Program-made: the position numbers and the translations under genes | Virus record (IMG/VR): IMGVR_UViG_3300050119_000076 | Span: 537-64,536 of that record | Origin: a virus | Taxonomy: Duplodnaviria > Caudoviricetes | DNA length: 64,000 nt | Strand: one strand, 5' to 3' | In this document: positions 9,902 to 19,767 of the stretch, one piece after another | How the letters are laid out: the number at the start of each line of letters is the position of its first letter | Numbering within the stretch: position 1 is the stretch's first letter | Notes under the pieces: generated by a model | Told to the model about the DNA's origin: nothing | The model's database searches: none | Seen by the model: the letters and a program-made list of their open reading frames with translations, nothing else

Positions 9902-10984
9902 TCAGGCGGTGCAAGCTGTCTCCAAACGAGCCATCCACAGATCCTGTAGAATGACCTGACCCGTGTAGAGCTTCCAGCCAACGGTGCCGCGCTGTGCCAA
10001 CGGGTCGCCGGCAGCCGGCTTCGGGTTGACAACCATCGGGGTCATCGAAGACTTGCCCTTCAACGGGACGATGCCGTAGGCATCGCGGCCGAAGATGAGG
10101 ATCGGATAGACGTCAAGATCGGTGCCACCGGCGCTCTTGCCGGTACCAACGGGGGTGGAACCTGTGTTGTTGAAGTCAGCAACCACAGCGCCAGCCGCAA
10201 GGAACGGCGCGATGACCGTCGAAGTCAGGTAACGAACCTGCTCGATCGAGCCAATCTCGCCTTCGAACGGCGTGGTGTGCGGCCCGTAGGACGCGACAGC
10301 AACGAAGCCGGTCATATTGCGGATGTCAGATTCCAGATCCGGGTGGCAGACCGCCATGTACGAGGCTTCGACCGACTTCGTATTGAAGTCCGGGTTGGAA
10401 GCCACGACCTGGGTGATCTTGCGCGCATTCTGGCCGTTTAGGGCCGTGGTGACGCGCCGTTGATCGGCCAAACTGATCGGCCAACGCACAGTCGCGCGGG
10501 TCGATACCGCGGTGTTGGAGCCGTAAGAGTAGAAGACGTTCGTTCCGGCAACGAGAGTGTTGAACCGAAGCGTCTCGACCGTGACGGCAGCGGACTCACC
10601 GAGGATGTCGGTGGTTTGCTGGAGCACAGGATCGGTATGGGTGTCTTCGATCACGTCGGTGATGGTGACAAAGTCGCCATACTGACCGAGAGTGACAGTG
10701 TAGTCCTGGTTCGCGAGCAGCGAGCCAGAGGGGGTGACACCTTCAACCAGTGGCGTAATCGCAACTGGAATGAAGAAGGACCCGCTGTCAGGGCCGGCGG
10801 CGCCGGATGCACCAGCCAAAAAGTAACGACGGAACTTGGCGGTCATCGTCGAGTTGGTCGGCAGAGGATAGACCTGACCAAACTTCTCCAGATGCAGATA
10901 CGGCATTGCGCGCTTCAACATGCGTACAACAGAGTACGCAGCGACGGCTGGCGAAATGTCGCCGTATGAGGTGATAGCAGCCAC
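9902..10984 (-). CDS. Major capsid protein, N4-gp56-like family
   Basis: YGDISP...LEKFGQ...AKFRRY...PLVEGVTP...QYG...DPLAQRGTVGWK; GTG start with AAGGAG. Confidence 0.9.
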   Translation of the reverse strand: MAAITSYGDISPAVAAYSVVRMLKRAMPYLHLEKFGQVYPLPTNSTMTAKFRRYFLAGASGAAGPDSGSFFIPVAITPLVEGVTPSGSLLANQDYTVTLGQYGDFVTITDVIEDTHTDPVLQQTTDILGESAAVTVETLRFNTLVAGTNVFYSYGSNTAVSTRATVRWPISLADQRRVTTALNGQNARKITQVVASNPDFNTKSVEASYMAVCHPDLESDIRNMTGFVAVASYGPHTTPFEGEIGSIEQVRYLTSTVIAPFLAAGAVVADFNNTGSTPVGTGKSAGGTDLDVYPILIFGRDAYGIVPLKGKSSMTPMVVNPKPAAGDPLAQRGTVGWKLYTGQVILQDLWMARLETACTA

Positions 10985-11084
10985 GATAGTGCTCCTTGAT
11001 CCAAAGGAAAAATCATGCCCTCTACATGATCTTACTCACTGACCGCTTGATTGGTCAGAAGAAGCACCGAAGGGTATATCGCCG
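10982..11084 (-). promoter_or_regulatory. Structured 5' leader of the capsid gene (predicted RBS sequestration)
   Basis: GTGCTTCTT pairs with AAGGAGCAC (the SD) and encloses hairpins CTGACC/GGTCAG and AAGATCATG/CATGATTTT. Confidence 0.55.
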
Positions 11085-11113
11085 TGTATACGTGTTTACA
11101 GATAGCGTGTCAA
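11085..11113 (-). promoter_or_regulatory. Sigma70-type promoter for the capsid gene
   Basis: TTGACA-17 nt-TATACA on minus strand. Confidence 0.65.
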
Positions 11114-11115
11114 TA

Positions 11116-12207
11116 TCACCTACGCGCACCCGCCATCCGAATATCTTCCTTCTCTTGTTCTAGTCGCGCATCCTCGGAAAATTTAGAGAACGCGCTCTCG
11201 AAATTATTTGGATCAATACCATCTGTCGTGACACCAGAGCGCTTCGAGCCCACCGGTGCAAGTGCCGCAGCCGCGGCCGCAACCTTCTTGGCTTCAACCG
11301 CAGCAGCCGCCGCAGCCGCTGTCGCTTCAGGTGTCGGCGCGAGAGCTGCAGCCGCAGTCGGCGCGGGAGTATTAGTCGCCACGCGCCACCGGCCAATCAG
11401 ATCGTTCACCTGCGCGGGCGAGCCGCTCTTCGCGACGTTTTCATACGCAGCTTTGATGTAATCAGGCTGCTCGCCGACCCACTTAATCACTTTGTCGTGG
11501 ATCTCATCGTAGTCCTCGACCAGATTATAAACCTGCTCGGCGTGTTGACGCTCGGCAACCGATCCGGTTTGCGATCTAAGATCGCGCAGCACAGGTCCAA
11601 TCTGCGCGAAGATGTAGTTGACCATCTGCTGGTACTCGCGACTACGCTTCAGCGTCTCCGCGTGCGAAACATCAGCCCACTCCGCCTCATACTTCGTGAG
11701 GAACGCCTGCTCCTCGGCCGAATATGGAGCGATCTGCTCAACGGGCTGCTCAGGAACCTTCACAGGCTCAGGTTTTACGGCTTCTTTGACCACTTGCTGA
11801 AAGCGCGCGAGCATATCCGCATCTTGTGCGGCCTTCTGCTCGGGTGTTAGCGCAGCCGGAGGAGGCGCAGCAGGCACTTCCGGGGCTGCTCTGGCCGCAA
11901 CTTTGGCGGCTTCAGCAGCCGCAGCGGCAGCAACCACTTCCGGGTCGGGTAAGCCACTGTCCACGACTGCAGAGGGAGGTGCTTTGACGGGTTCTTTGGC
12001 GGGTACGACAGGCGGCACGACCGCAGCAGCCGGCACAACAGGAGGCACGACGGGCGCAGCGGGCTCGGGCTCCAGTTTTACTATCGGCGTATCGTCGGCA
12101 GCCTCCGCGAAAGCCTTCGCGAAGTCCACATCCATACTTTCCCGCGTCTGAATAACAGTCGGCGGGTCCTCCGGCTTTACGGGGATCGCGTCAGTAGCCA
12201 TTATCAT
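11116..12207 (-). CDS. Capsid scaffolding protein (putative)
   Basis: Between portal and capsid; Pro/Ala-rich N-terminus, helical core, C-terminal DPNNFESAFSKF. Confidence 0.7.
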   Translation of the reverse strand: MIMATDAIPVKPEDPPTVIQTRESMDVDFAKAFAEAADDTPIVKLEPEPAAPVVPPVVPAAAVVPPVVPAKEPVKAPPSAVVDSGLPDPEVVAAAAAAEAAKVAARAAPEVPAAPPPAALTPEQKAAQDADMLARFQQVVKEAVKPEPVKVPEQPVEQIAPYSAEEQAFLTKYEAEWADVSHAETLKRSREYQQMVNYIFAQIGPVLRDLRSQTGSVAERQHAEQVYNLVEDYDEIHDKVIKWVGEQPDYIKAAYENVAKSGSPAQVNDLIGRWRVATNTPAPTAAAALAPTPEATAAAAAAAVEAKKVAAAAAALAPVGSKRSGVTTDGIDPNNFESAFSKFSEDARLEQEKEDIRMAGARR

Positions 12208-12431
12208 TCTCCTCCTGAAGATTTAAGACGGTTGGCCAGGGTTTGGTATGCCTGGGCTCGGCCCTGGGCCACCGGGAAGTCCTCCGGGGGGCATTGCACC
12301 AGGCTGTCCTTGGCTGATTGCAGCAAGCATTCCACCAATTCCACTAGCGTCTGGTGGAGGGGGCTGTCCCTGTTCGCTCGAAGGGTTTTTGTTAGCTCCC
12401 CCTCCCGCGTCCGGCTGTTGCGTTCCGCCAT
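12204..12431 (-). CDS. Small conserved head-module protein
   Basis: AKDSLVQC...AQGRAQAY; overlaps the low-complexity portal tail. Confidence 0.5.
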   Translation of the reverse strand: MAERNSRTREGELTKTLRANRDSPLHQTLVELVECLLQSAKDSLVQCPPEDFPVAQGRAQAYQTLANRLKSSGGE

Positions 12432-14526
12432 GACTCAATCCTTTCTCCATAATTTCCAGCGCGGCGTCGATCGCCTGCACGTTCGCGCCCATTTGATTCT
12501 TCTGACCCTGCGCGATGTTTTTGAAGGCATCGGACAGCGTCTTGCGGATATTGGCTTCGAGCCAAGACTGCGTCTGCTGTGCCTGTTGCGCGGCCTGCGC
12601 GTCCTGCGACGCCTGACGACGAGCAGCTTCTGCCTCAGAAACCAGCAGATCATCAAGATCCCGAACCGCAATGCGCGCTTCGACCAGCTTCCGGGCATCG
12701 ATATGCAGCATTTCCTCTGGCTTCAAGGTCGCCGCAAGCTGATCCACCTGCATACCCCGAAGTTCCTTAGCAATCAAGCTCGTCGCGCCACGGGCGATCA
12801 CATCATATTCACTCGGCAGGGCTTTGGACGGGTTAAACTTGCGATTGAACTGCACCAAAGACTGGATCACGCCCTCGGTAAACCGATCGAAATTGCGAAC
12901 GATCTGCTTGAATGGAAGCGACGCCTTGCCAAAGATCATCGACGCGCCGGCCGCGTTGCGCATCGGCTCGCTCGGCATATTCTCCATATCGCCGCCAGCC
13001 GCGGGGCCAGCAAAAGTCTCGATATCGGCGAATTTCATGAACAGCTCGATGATGCCCTGCAGCTCCGGCACATGCGACTCAATCTTTACGTCACGCACAG
13101 CCGGCCATTGTGCCGTAGGGTTCTCATCGTCGCGGTAGAAAATTTTGTAGGAGGTAAGCGAACTAAGATCCTGATCGGGGCGCAGGAGCGCCGTGTTCAA
13201 CTCTAGGATCGGGCCACAGATCACGCTTGCGTTATCGAGCAGCATGCGCGTAGCCGCAGAGATGGACATCTGTGTATCGCGGATGACGTTCGGCAAGCCA
13301 AAACCAATCGGTGCCGTGTCGTCGCGATCAAAAATAAAATAATGCAGCGTCTTGACGTCCACGCCGAGCGATGCCCACGGGTTCAACGCAGCTTTAATGA
13401 CGTAGCCATCCAGCAACCACACCTCGGCGTCGATCTCTTCGGCGAGTTTGTCCGACGCGACTTCAACGCCAGCCATCTGCAGATAATTACCGCTGACCTT
13501 GCCGGCCCAAACGAGCACCTCATACTTAGTGGACTCGATCTTCATCTCGTTGACGTTGACCTTGACACCCATCGCGCGCAGCTCAGTCTCGAACGGCTCG
13601 GGGCGGTAGTTGCCGATCGTATGTGCAGCGAGGTAATCCTTGATGACATCCGCAAAGAAGTCCTCGCGCTTGCTAAGTTCGAGAACTTGATGTCGACTCT
13701 GCACCACCCGCGTGAAATAGCCGTCGCCGGTATCGAGCCGCTTCGCCGACAGATCGGGGTAATAATCCCACACACTGAGAAACTCGAACATCGGCATGTA
13801 GGCCGTGATGGTCTTGCTGCTCGGCTGCTGCGTCTTCGGATCAATTACCCACTGCGTGGACTTGACCTTGCGTGCATATGGCCCGCGTAAAAAGCCGGCG
13901 CCGAACTTAATTCCGCTCTCGATCACTTCATTGTTCAGCGCGACATAATCATAAGCCTGATCGCCGCCTAGCTCTTCCAACTGATCGTCGATGACGAGTG
14001 TCAGGGCCTTGGCACGCTTGGTGGCGAGATCCTGCGCCGCCTCCGTCACATAATCCATATCTACTGTGGACTGCACCCCCGCGGCTTGATCGAGCGCCTG
14101 CTTCTCCGCGATTGCCTCCTTGATGTCCTTGGCATCCATGTCCGGGCTCGGGCGCGCCTGAAGCGTCCAGTTGCGATCATCAGATGGGAACATCAGGTCC
14201 ATAAGGTGAGCCTGCAAGGTGATGCACTTGACGCGCGTCATCTTGGGGTAGGCGCGGGAACGATTAGGCGAAAGCTCCTTCTCCACCTCAGGATCGTAAT
14301 ATCCAAGGTACTGACGCAGGCTTCGCAGCCAGCGCAACTCTTGGATGCGCCGGTCGGAACGATATTGCATGTACAACTTAGAAAGATTGTAGCCGAGAGA
14401 CTTAAGTCCCTCCTTGTTGATCTTCTTAACTGGCACATCATCGCCAGGGACCAAGACGCTAGGCGGCTCGATCTTGTCCTGCATCACCGCTTCCGAGCCG
14501 TAGTTAGGGCCAGCATCAGCCATCAC
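12223..14526 (-). CDS. Portal protein
   Basis: 767 aa after TerL; [10 protein letters not shown]...VWDYYPD...GFGLP...RMLLDNA...NAAGASM. Confidence 0.85.
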   Translation of the reverse strand: MMADAGPNYGSEAVMQDKIEPPSVLVPGDDVPVKKINKEGLKSLGYNLSKLYMQYRSDRRIQELRWLRSLRQYLGYYDPEVEKELSPNRSRAYPKMTRVKCITLQAHLMDLMFPSDDRNWTLQARPSPDMDAKDIKEAIAEKQALDQAAGVQSTVDMDYVTEAAQDLATKRAKALTLVIDDQLEELGGDQAYDYVALNNEVIESGIKFGAGFLRGPYARKVKSTQWVIDPKTQQPSSKTITAYMPMFEFLSVWDYYPDLSAKRLDTGDGYFTRVVQSRHQVLELSKREDFFADVIKDYLAAHTIGNYRPEPFETELRAMGVKVNVNEMKIESTKYEVLVWAGKVSGNYLQMAGVEVASDKLAEEIDAEVWLLDGYVIKAALNPWASLGVDVKTLHYFIFDRDDTAPIGFGLPNVIRDTQMSISAATRMLLDNASVICGPILELNTALLRPDQDLSSLTSYKIFYRDDENPTAQWPAVRDVKIESHVPELQGIIELFMKFADIETFAGPAAGGDMENMPSEPMRNAAGASMIFGKASLPFKQIVRNFDRFTEGVIQSLVQFNRKFNPSKALPSEYDVIARGATSLIAKELRGMQVDQLAATLKPEEMLHIDARKLVEARIAVRDLDDLLVSEAEAARRQASQDAQAAQQAQQTQSWLEANIRKTLSDAFKNIAQGQKNQMGANVQAIDAALEIMEKGLSHGGTQQPDAGGGANKNPSSEQGQPPPPDASGIGGMLAAISQGQPGAMPPGGLPGGPGPSPGIPNPGQPS

Positions 14527-14648
14527 GCAGCCCTCCGCGACCGCCGGTTACGCATCTGTTCACTCCATGTCGCCCACCGACAGTTCTCGGGACGATAATC
14601 ACCATCATTATCACGTCGGTCTAATGAAAGTCCAGCCGGGCGCTCGCC
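14523..14648 (-). pseudogene. HNH endonuclease C-terminal remnant
   Basis: Hand translation [36 protein letters not shown]; preceded by in-frame TAG, no start codon. Confidence 0.7.
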
Positions 14649-14652
14649 CTAA

Positions 14653-17181
14653 TCATTGGAAATGATATCCTCCGACTTTCCCCTGAATGGGGCGTCGTTC
14701 GCGCCGGTCGGTGACGGTCTCGCCTCTAGCACTACCACGTTCCCATTGACGATGGAAGTAGCGACAGAGATAACCAAATCCATCACCTACGTGTGAGTAT
14801 TCGTTTTTCTCCGGGGTCGGTTTTAGCTGGTCATTTTTGTTGGCGATCTTATCGTACCGCCAGCCACCCGCAAGCGCGCGACACAGCATCGGACACTCAG
14901 CCTTATCGATCAACAGCGCTGGACCCATGTCGGTCAGGCGGCTCGTGAAGCTCTCGATCGCATCGAGTCTCTTAGCTAAATGATTGTTAGTTTCGATTTT
15001 GACCTGAAAGTATTTTTTGAAGATGTCGACGACGGCAGCCTCGTCGGTTTGCACTCGGCTCGCAGACGCAGGATCAGGAGCGACGATAACTTCCGCACCA
15101 GGGAACCGATGTCGAAGGTAAGGTTTGACTTTATCCGTGATGAAGCGCGTGGCCCCCATGCCGCGCGCGGTGATTTCGCCGAGCACGAGAAGGCGCCCAT
15201 AGAGATCTTCCTGGCCGAACACCATCGCGGTTCCCGCAAGACCAGGATCGAGCCCGGCAATCAGTGGGTACGCGGAATTGTAGAGCAGCGGCTTTTTCGA
15301 TAAGTGTATGTCGGGCCGGAACGATCCGACCACCGGTCGACCACTCGCCGAGAAGCCCCACTCGGCGTCCAAGAACTGCTTGATCCACGCGCGCCCCTTA
15401 CCAATCGCCTGATTCGTGTAGTAGGAATTATCACCGGCTATGAAAGGCGGCAGATGCGCTAAATTCTCGGCGTTCGGGCCGAGCCCGCTCGGCTGCACGA
15501 AATAAGAAATGTTGCAGTCGGGTCGAAGTATCACGTGCCGCACCCGTGCGCAGTCTTCATCTTCATACACATTGACGAGTTCAACCGTTTTCTCATCGTG
15601 CAGATAATCGTGCCACCAGTTGTCTTCCGTATCGGGGTTCGACGAACCCCACATCCCCCAATTCGTTGGCTCTCCGTACTTCTTCCAACGCCCTAGACGG
15701 CCGGACAGCGCATCGATAATCGACTTAGGGATTTGCACAAACTCGTCGATGATCGCGAACGTCACTTCTAACGAGAGCACACGCCGAATGTCGTCCGCGG
15801 TATCGAGCGGGCGAAACAGAACTTCGCACTCGACATCATCGAACCGCAACATGAAGATACTATTCGTCGCCGACCAATGCCCGCAGACACCATCCTGAAA
15901 CCAATAGCCCCACGAAACTAACGTCGTGTCGCGAAGCTGCGGCATGGTTTGCGAGCACCAAAAAGGCTTTCCATTGCGTCGAACATAGACCACGTGTGTC
16001 GGGACTTCGACGCAATACACCACGCCATCATACTCCTGCTCGTACCAACTCTCGGCACGCGGACACGGAGAGGCCCGCAGATCCGTTAGCAGCGTCACGG
16101 AGTACAGCACACCGCCGAAGAAACCACCTTGTGGTAGTGGCTGTGGGTCATTACGCCGGTCGCGACAATACTGCGTTGTTGCGTAGCCCGCGAGAAACGC
16201 GATCTCCTGAAGATCGTCGGCAAGCTGCTTCGACGCGGTGTACACCCGTGTCGTGTCACATGCTGCGTTCTTTAGATGACCATCGCCCATAACAAACCCG
16301 TGCAAGAAAGCGCGCAGATGTTCAGGCGGCGCGTGCTTGATCCATAGTGGAATCGCTTTAGTGGTCGCTTTGCCACACGCAGCAAGCTCCTCACATAGCC
16401 GCGTCGTGCGGTCGTCCAGTCGAATCGTCAGATTGAAATTACCGTGACCTTTATCGTGCTCCCCCCATTCGAACCCGGCGCGACGCATCACGTCGCGCGC
16501 GTACTCAATCGCGACTTTCTGCGAGAGCACAAGTCGATGGTGCAGGCGAGGCTCGCGGTCGGGATATGCATACACGCCTGCGTAACCTTCCGCGAACCAA
16601 AACCCGAGAAACTCAAACAGCTCCAGTGTGAACTTCGTCGTGCCATCCCAGCCGGCGGTCATCGAAAACTCGCGGTTGGTCTTGCCAAACGCGGCGGCAC
16701 ACGGCTCTAGTTTGTACGGCGCGCGCTCTTTGGTGCGACCGTTGATTGTCGCAGTCCACAAGTTATGATCCGGCGTCACGAGAAAGTCGAGGTTCTGCTG
16801 CTTGCACCCGAGCATCTTTCCCCTGTACGGCGCGTGATAATGCAGCGTCGGCACGACAAACACAGTCTTCCCGTCCTGAAGCATTGCGACTCTATCGTCG
16901 TCCCGTAAATCGCGGAACAACTGCCAACCGCGTTGCTCGGTCAGAATCTCGGTCTGATCGTCGAAGCAGTTGCGAACGATCACCGCGCGAGTGTGGCGTA
17001 TCCCATCCGGGGATGGTTCCTGCAACTTCGCCATATGCACGAGCTTAAAGAAAAGCGCGGTCGTCTTGCCGGCGCCAAGAGGACCGATGACCCAATCGTA
17101 GAATAGCGCGCCGTGAACGTAATGCCGGATAAACGCGCGTAGGGTCTTTGGAGGCTTATAATCGATACCTTCATCACTCAC
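14653..17181 (-). CDS. terL: Terminase large subunit containing an intein
   Basis: Walker A GPLGAGKT, Walker B FAIIDE, SSNP coupling motif, nuclease GLDPG...SHVGDGFGY. Confidence 0.92.
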   Translation of the reverse strand: MSDEGIDYKPPKTLRAFIRHYVHGALFYDWVIGPLGAGKTTALFFKLVHMAKLQEPSPDGIRHTRAVIVRNCFDDQTEILTEQRGWQLFRDLRDDDRVAMLQDGKTVFVVPTLHYHAPYRGKMLGCKQQNLDFLVTPDHNLWTATINGRTKERAPYKLEPCAAAFGKTNREFSMTAGWDGTTKFTLELFEFLGFWFAEGYAGVYAYPDREPRLHHRLVLSQKVAIEYARDVMRRAGFEWGEHDKGHGNFNLTIRLDDRTTRLCEELAACGKATTKAIPLWIKHAPPEHLRAFLHGFVMGDGHLKNAACDTTRVYTASKQLADDLQEIAFLAGYATTQYCRDRRNDPQPLPQGGFFGGVLYSVTLLTDLRASPCPRAESWYEQEYDGVVYCVEVPTHVVYVRRNGKPFWCSQTMPQLRDTTLVSWGYWFQDGVCGHWSATNSIFMLRFDDVECEVLFRPLDTADDIRRVLSLEVTFAIIDEFVQIPKSIIDALSGRLGRWKKYGEPTNWGMWGSSNPDTEDNWWHDYLHDEKTVELVNVYEDEDCARVRHVILRPDCNISYFVQPSGLGPNAENLAHLPPFIAGDNSYYTNQAIGKGRAWIKQFLDAEWGFSASGRPVVGSFRPDIHLSKKPLLYNSAYPLIAGLDPGLAGTAMVFGQEDLYGRLLVLGEITARGMGATRFITDKVKPYLRHRFPGAEVIVAPDPASASRVQTDEAAVVDIFKKYFQVKIETNNHLAKRLDAIESFTSRLTDMGPALLIDKAECPMLCRALAGGWRYDKIANKNDQLKPTPEKNEYSHVGDGFGYLCRYFHRQWERGSARGETVTDRRERRPIQGKVGGYHFQ
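15949..16968 (-). mobile_element. Intein (340 aa) with LAGLIDADG homing endonuclease, ending in Gln
   Basis: VRN|CFDDQTEILT...VTPDHNL...FLGFWFAEG...FLHGFVMGDG...YDGVVYCVEVP...VRRNGKPFWCSQ|TMPQLRDTT. Confidence 0.9.
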
Positions 17182-17741
17182 GTAGACTTATCTTTCTCGT
17201 GCAGTGTGACCCATGACTGCACCCCCGCGGTAAAGAACACGGCTAGAAGCGGGACATCGAGAATGCCATCCATCAAGCCCGCACCGCCGAACGTCCCCGG
17301 CGCGCCAGGAAGTTCGTGTATGTGAAATAGATCAGCACCGATGAATATGCCGAGCGTGGTCGCGATGTACGCAACAATCGGTACATGAGTGCGCGTGACG
17401 AGAAACACCAGGACCGACGCGAAAGTAGCCATCGCGATTGGATCCAACTGCAGACCGATCACGGATGGAGGACCCATCGGATTGGACCGAAGCGCCGGGG
17501 ATGCGAGAAGACACGCGACAATCGTGCAGCCGACGATAGAGACCAGGATCGGAATCAGCTCGTCGCGGTACACGACCGTCAGAATAAGCGCAATAATAAC
17601 CGGGAGCACCGCCGCGCCGATGTTGATGCGATCCATCGAGTTGATCGGAATGGAGAAGAAAGATCCCACGACAATCGCGACGGTAGCGATGCATAAAAGT
17701 ATGTGGGGACTAAGCGGCCACTTAACGGGTGTTGAGGACAT
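17178..17741 (-). CDS. DUF1614-like multi-pass membrane protein
   Basis: INIGAAVLP...AYIATTLGIFIGADLFH...FGGAGLMDGI motifs. Confidence 0.6.
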   Translation of the reverse strand: MSSTPVKWPLSPHILLCIATVAIVVGSFFSIPINSMDRINIGAAVLPVIIALILTVVYRDELIPILVSIVGCTIVACLLASPALRSNPMGPPSVIGLQLDPIAMATFASVLVFLVTRTHVPIVAYIATTLGIFIGADLFHIHELPGAPGTFGGAGLMDGILDVPLLAVFFTAGVQSWVTLHEKDKST

Positions 17742-17753
17742 CAGATGTTCCTT

Positions 17754-18011
17754 TTATTGGGTATCGGGGCAAATCCGCGCGATCTCTCCCGTCACGTCAC
17801 GGATACGTTTCATAGCGCCGGCCGGGTCGCGCTCGGCGTTTGCCCGAGCCCAGTCCATAGCCGCACGCGCGTCGTTCTGCGCTTGCTTACAGTATTGACC
17901 AGTCAAAAGCGGCTGCACCTGCTGCGTCACCGCGTGCGCTACGTCCAACATCACCCACGCAAAAAAGACAGCAAACAACACTAGAACGAGAAGCGGAACA
18001 TACGTTCTCAT
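17754..18011 (-). CDS. Hypothetical protein with N-terminal TM/signal
   Basis: Hydrophobic N-terminus, two Cys. Confidence 0.5.
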   Translation of the reverse strand: MRTYVPLLVLVLFAVFFAWVMLDVAHAVTQQVQPLLTGQYCKQAQNDARAAMDWARANAERDPAGAMKRIRDVTGEIARICPDTQ

Positions 18012-18217
18012 TTCTTCTTCCCTAAGACCGCATTAGCCTTTGTGTCGATCTTCGCTTCGGTGCCCTTGGACAGTTTGCCCTTCTTCACTTGCTGCGAAGC
18101 GCGCGCCTTAGCGTTCCCGGCGTGAGAAGCATCATTCATAGGAAATTTTCGAGCTGCAGGCATACCGAAGCTCGAAGCAGGAAGAGACTTACGATCTTTG
18201 GTGGTTAGATCAGCCAT
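18008..18217 (-). CDS. Small basic phage protein (DUF6582-like)
   Basis: MADLTTKDRKSLPASSFGMPAARKFPMNDASHAGNAKARA. Confidence 0.6.
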   Translation of the reverse strand: MADLTTKDRKSLPASSFGMPAARKFPMNDASHAGNAKARASQQVKKGKLSKGTEAKIDTKANAVLGKKK

Positions 18218-18218
18218 G

Positions 18219-18728
18219 TTACGCATCCTTATGTTCGATGACTACCATGCGTTCGTCGTCGTCTTTGCCGAGGTCGATGTTGATATGGAAGCTCGGCATC
18301 GCATTTTGCTTACCTAGGATAGCTGGATCTTGGCTCGCGTCAAGCCCCGCGCACCGAATCGTGAACTTTATCAGGTCCGCCCGCACGCTCGCGGGCGTCT
18401 CGCCAGACTTGTCCTGGGTCATATCCCAGGATGTGTCAAGCAATGCAAGCGCCTGCAGCCCAGCGCGCGTCTTGAACTGCATGCCGTCCTTCTTGAGAGC
18501 CTCGAACGCCGCGGCGACTTCAACAATGAACGCTGGGTTGGCACGAATCTCATTCCACCGCTCGGACGAAATGTCGTTGCCTTCGCAAATCTTGCGGATC
18601 GGCCGCGACTTGTCGGCATGGTACAGCGCGACCTCGATCGGAAACGTCGGGGGCCAGCCCATGTCGGCGGGGTCCGCGGGCAGCGGGCGCCGATCGGGCT
18701 CTATGAGTTCTGAAAGTTCAGTGTCCAT
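18219..18728 (-). CDS. Putative terminase small subunit
   Basis: Upstream of terL; HTH-like N-half, PASVRADLIK, C-terminal FHINIDLG. Confidence 0.55.
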   Translation of the reverse strand: MDTELSELIEPDRRPLPADPADMGWPPTFPIEVALYHADKSRPIRKICEGNDISSERWNEIRANPAFIVEVAAAFEALKKDGMQFKTRAGLQALALLDTSWDMTQDKSGETPASVRADLIKFTIRCAGLDASQDPAILGKQNAMPSFHINIDLGKDDDERMVVIEHKDA

Positions 18729-19046
18729 CCCATGTTTCCTTGAGAGCAGTCTAAGTGATCTAAGATGCTCTTAAGAGCAATCGCCGGTTAGCATCTATGT
18801 GAGCGCCATCTTGCGATGAAGCGCCAGAGGCTCTCGATCTCGGGCGCAGTCGGCTTATCCGACAGTGCGATAATAAGTAACCGTTCGGGATGCTCGATCT
18901 CGACCTCTCCGAGAACAATCTCAATCCCCTGCAATGGGGCCAGCCCAACGGGCTTGAGAGCAGGTTTGACAACCTGCCCGTCGTTGGTGCAGGTTCTATC
19001 GTTGAACGAAATCACCGTGGCACTCATTAAGAGATAAGAGCACAGC

Positions 19047-19337
19047 ATGACCCCTGACGTCAATGACTTGGTAAATTGTGGCTTTCTGTCCGCCGGCGCG
19101 ATCGCACAGTGGGCCAACGTCAAGCGCATTCTTCGCGACAAACAAGTCTGCGGCGTCGTCTGGCAGCTCAGTGCGATTTATATCGCGTGGGGCTTTTGGG
19201 GTCTCTATTACTGGCCATCGCTACATCAGTGGTGGTCTTTCGCGGCCGAGATGATCCTCACAATCGGAAGCACCGTATGGGGCGTACTCGCGGTCTGGTA
19301 CACATTACACCCGGAGGCCAAGTATGACTCACAATAA
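19047..19337 (+). CDS. Small 3-TM membrane protein (PQ-loop/SemiSWEET-like, tentative)
   Basis: NVKRILRDKQVCGV...WGFWGLYYWPSLHQWWSF; three hydrophobic segments. Confidence 0.5.
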   Translation: MTPDVNDLVNCGFLSAGAIAQWANVKRILRDKQVCGVVWQLSAIYIAWGFWGLYYWPSLHQWWSFAAEMILTIGSTVWGVLAVWYTLHPEAKYDSQ

Positions 19338-19584
19338 CCTCTCGAAGCATGCCACCTCACCTCGCAGTAACCATGTTCATAGACTAAAACGCCTAGACAG
19401 TGCCGTCCTCTTCCAGACCGCGGAGATGCAGATAGACGTCCTCGGTCTGGCAGAGGACGGGATAGTTCTTTCGTGGGGGCCGGCCAAAAATTATTACGGC
19501 TACCACCGCCCGAACAACAAATTGCTGCGCGGGTATAACCAGTGCGCTCAGGGCCACTTAAGCGCTCCTGATGGGCCAATATAG
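19324..19584 (+). CDS. Hypothetical protein
   Basis: Overlaps previous ORF end; followed by terminator. Confidence 0.35.
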   Translation: MTHNNLSKHATSPRSNHVHRLKRLDSAVLFQTAEMQIDVLGLAEDGIVLSWGPAKNYYGYHRPNNKLLRGYNQCAQGHLSAPDGPI

Positions 19585-19687
19585 CAAACTTTCTCGACTT
19601 AAGTGGTAAGAGCCGCAAATTTTCCAGAGTTAAGGCTTTGAAAGGAGTGTGATGTGCCATGACCGAAGAACGCGGCAACATATAGAG

Positions 19688-19725
19688 AAGCCCCCGGCAT
19701 CTAACCATGCCGGGGGCTTTTGTTT
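19688..19725 (+). terminator. Intrinsic terminator (possibly bidirectional)
   Basis: AAGCCCCCGGCAT-ctaacc-ATGCCGGGGGCTT followed by TTGTTT. Confidence 0.8.
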
Positions 19726-19767
19726 ATCGGGGTTGTCGTAGTGTAACTACGAACCACGCGCGGGAGA

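Noticed and set aside
9902-10984. Assignment to N4-like phages
   Set aside because: Only the capsid is gp56-like; no virion RNA polymerase or RNAP II motifs were recognised
1024-14598. Numerous + strand ORFs over the structural genes (e.g. 12232-13206, 6258-6890)
   Set aside because: GC-rich antisense shadows of well-supported minus-strand genes, with no motifs
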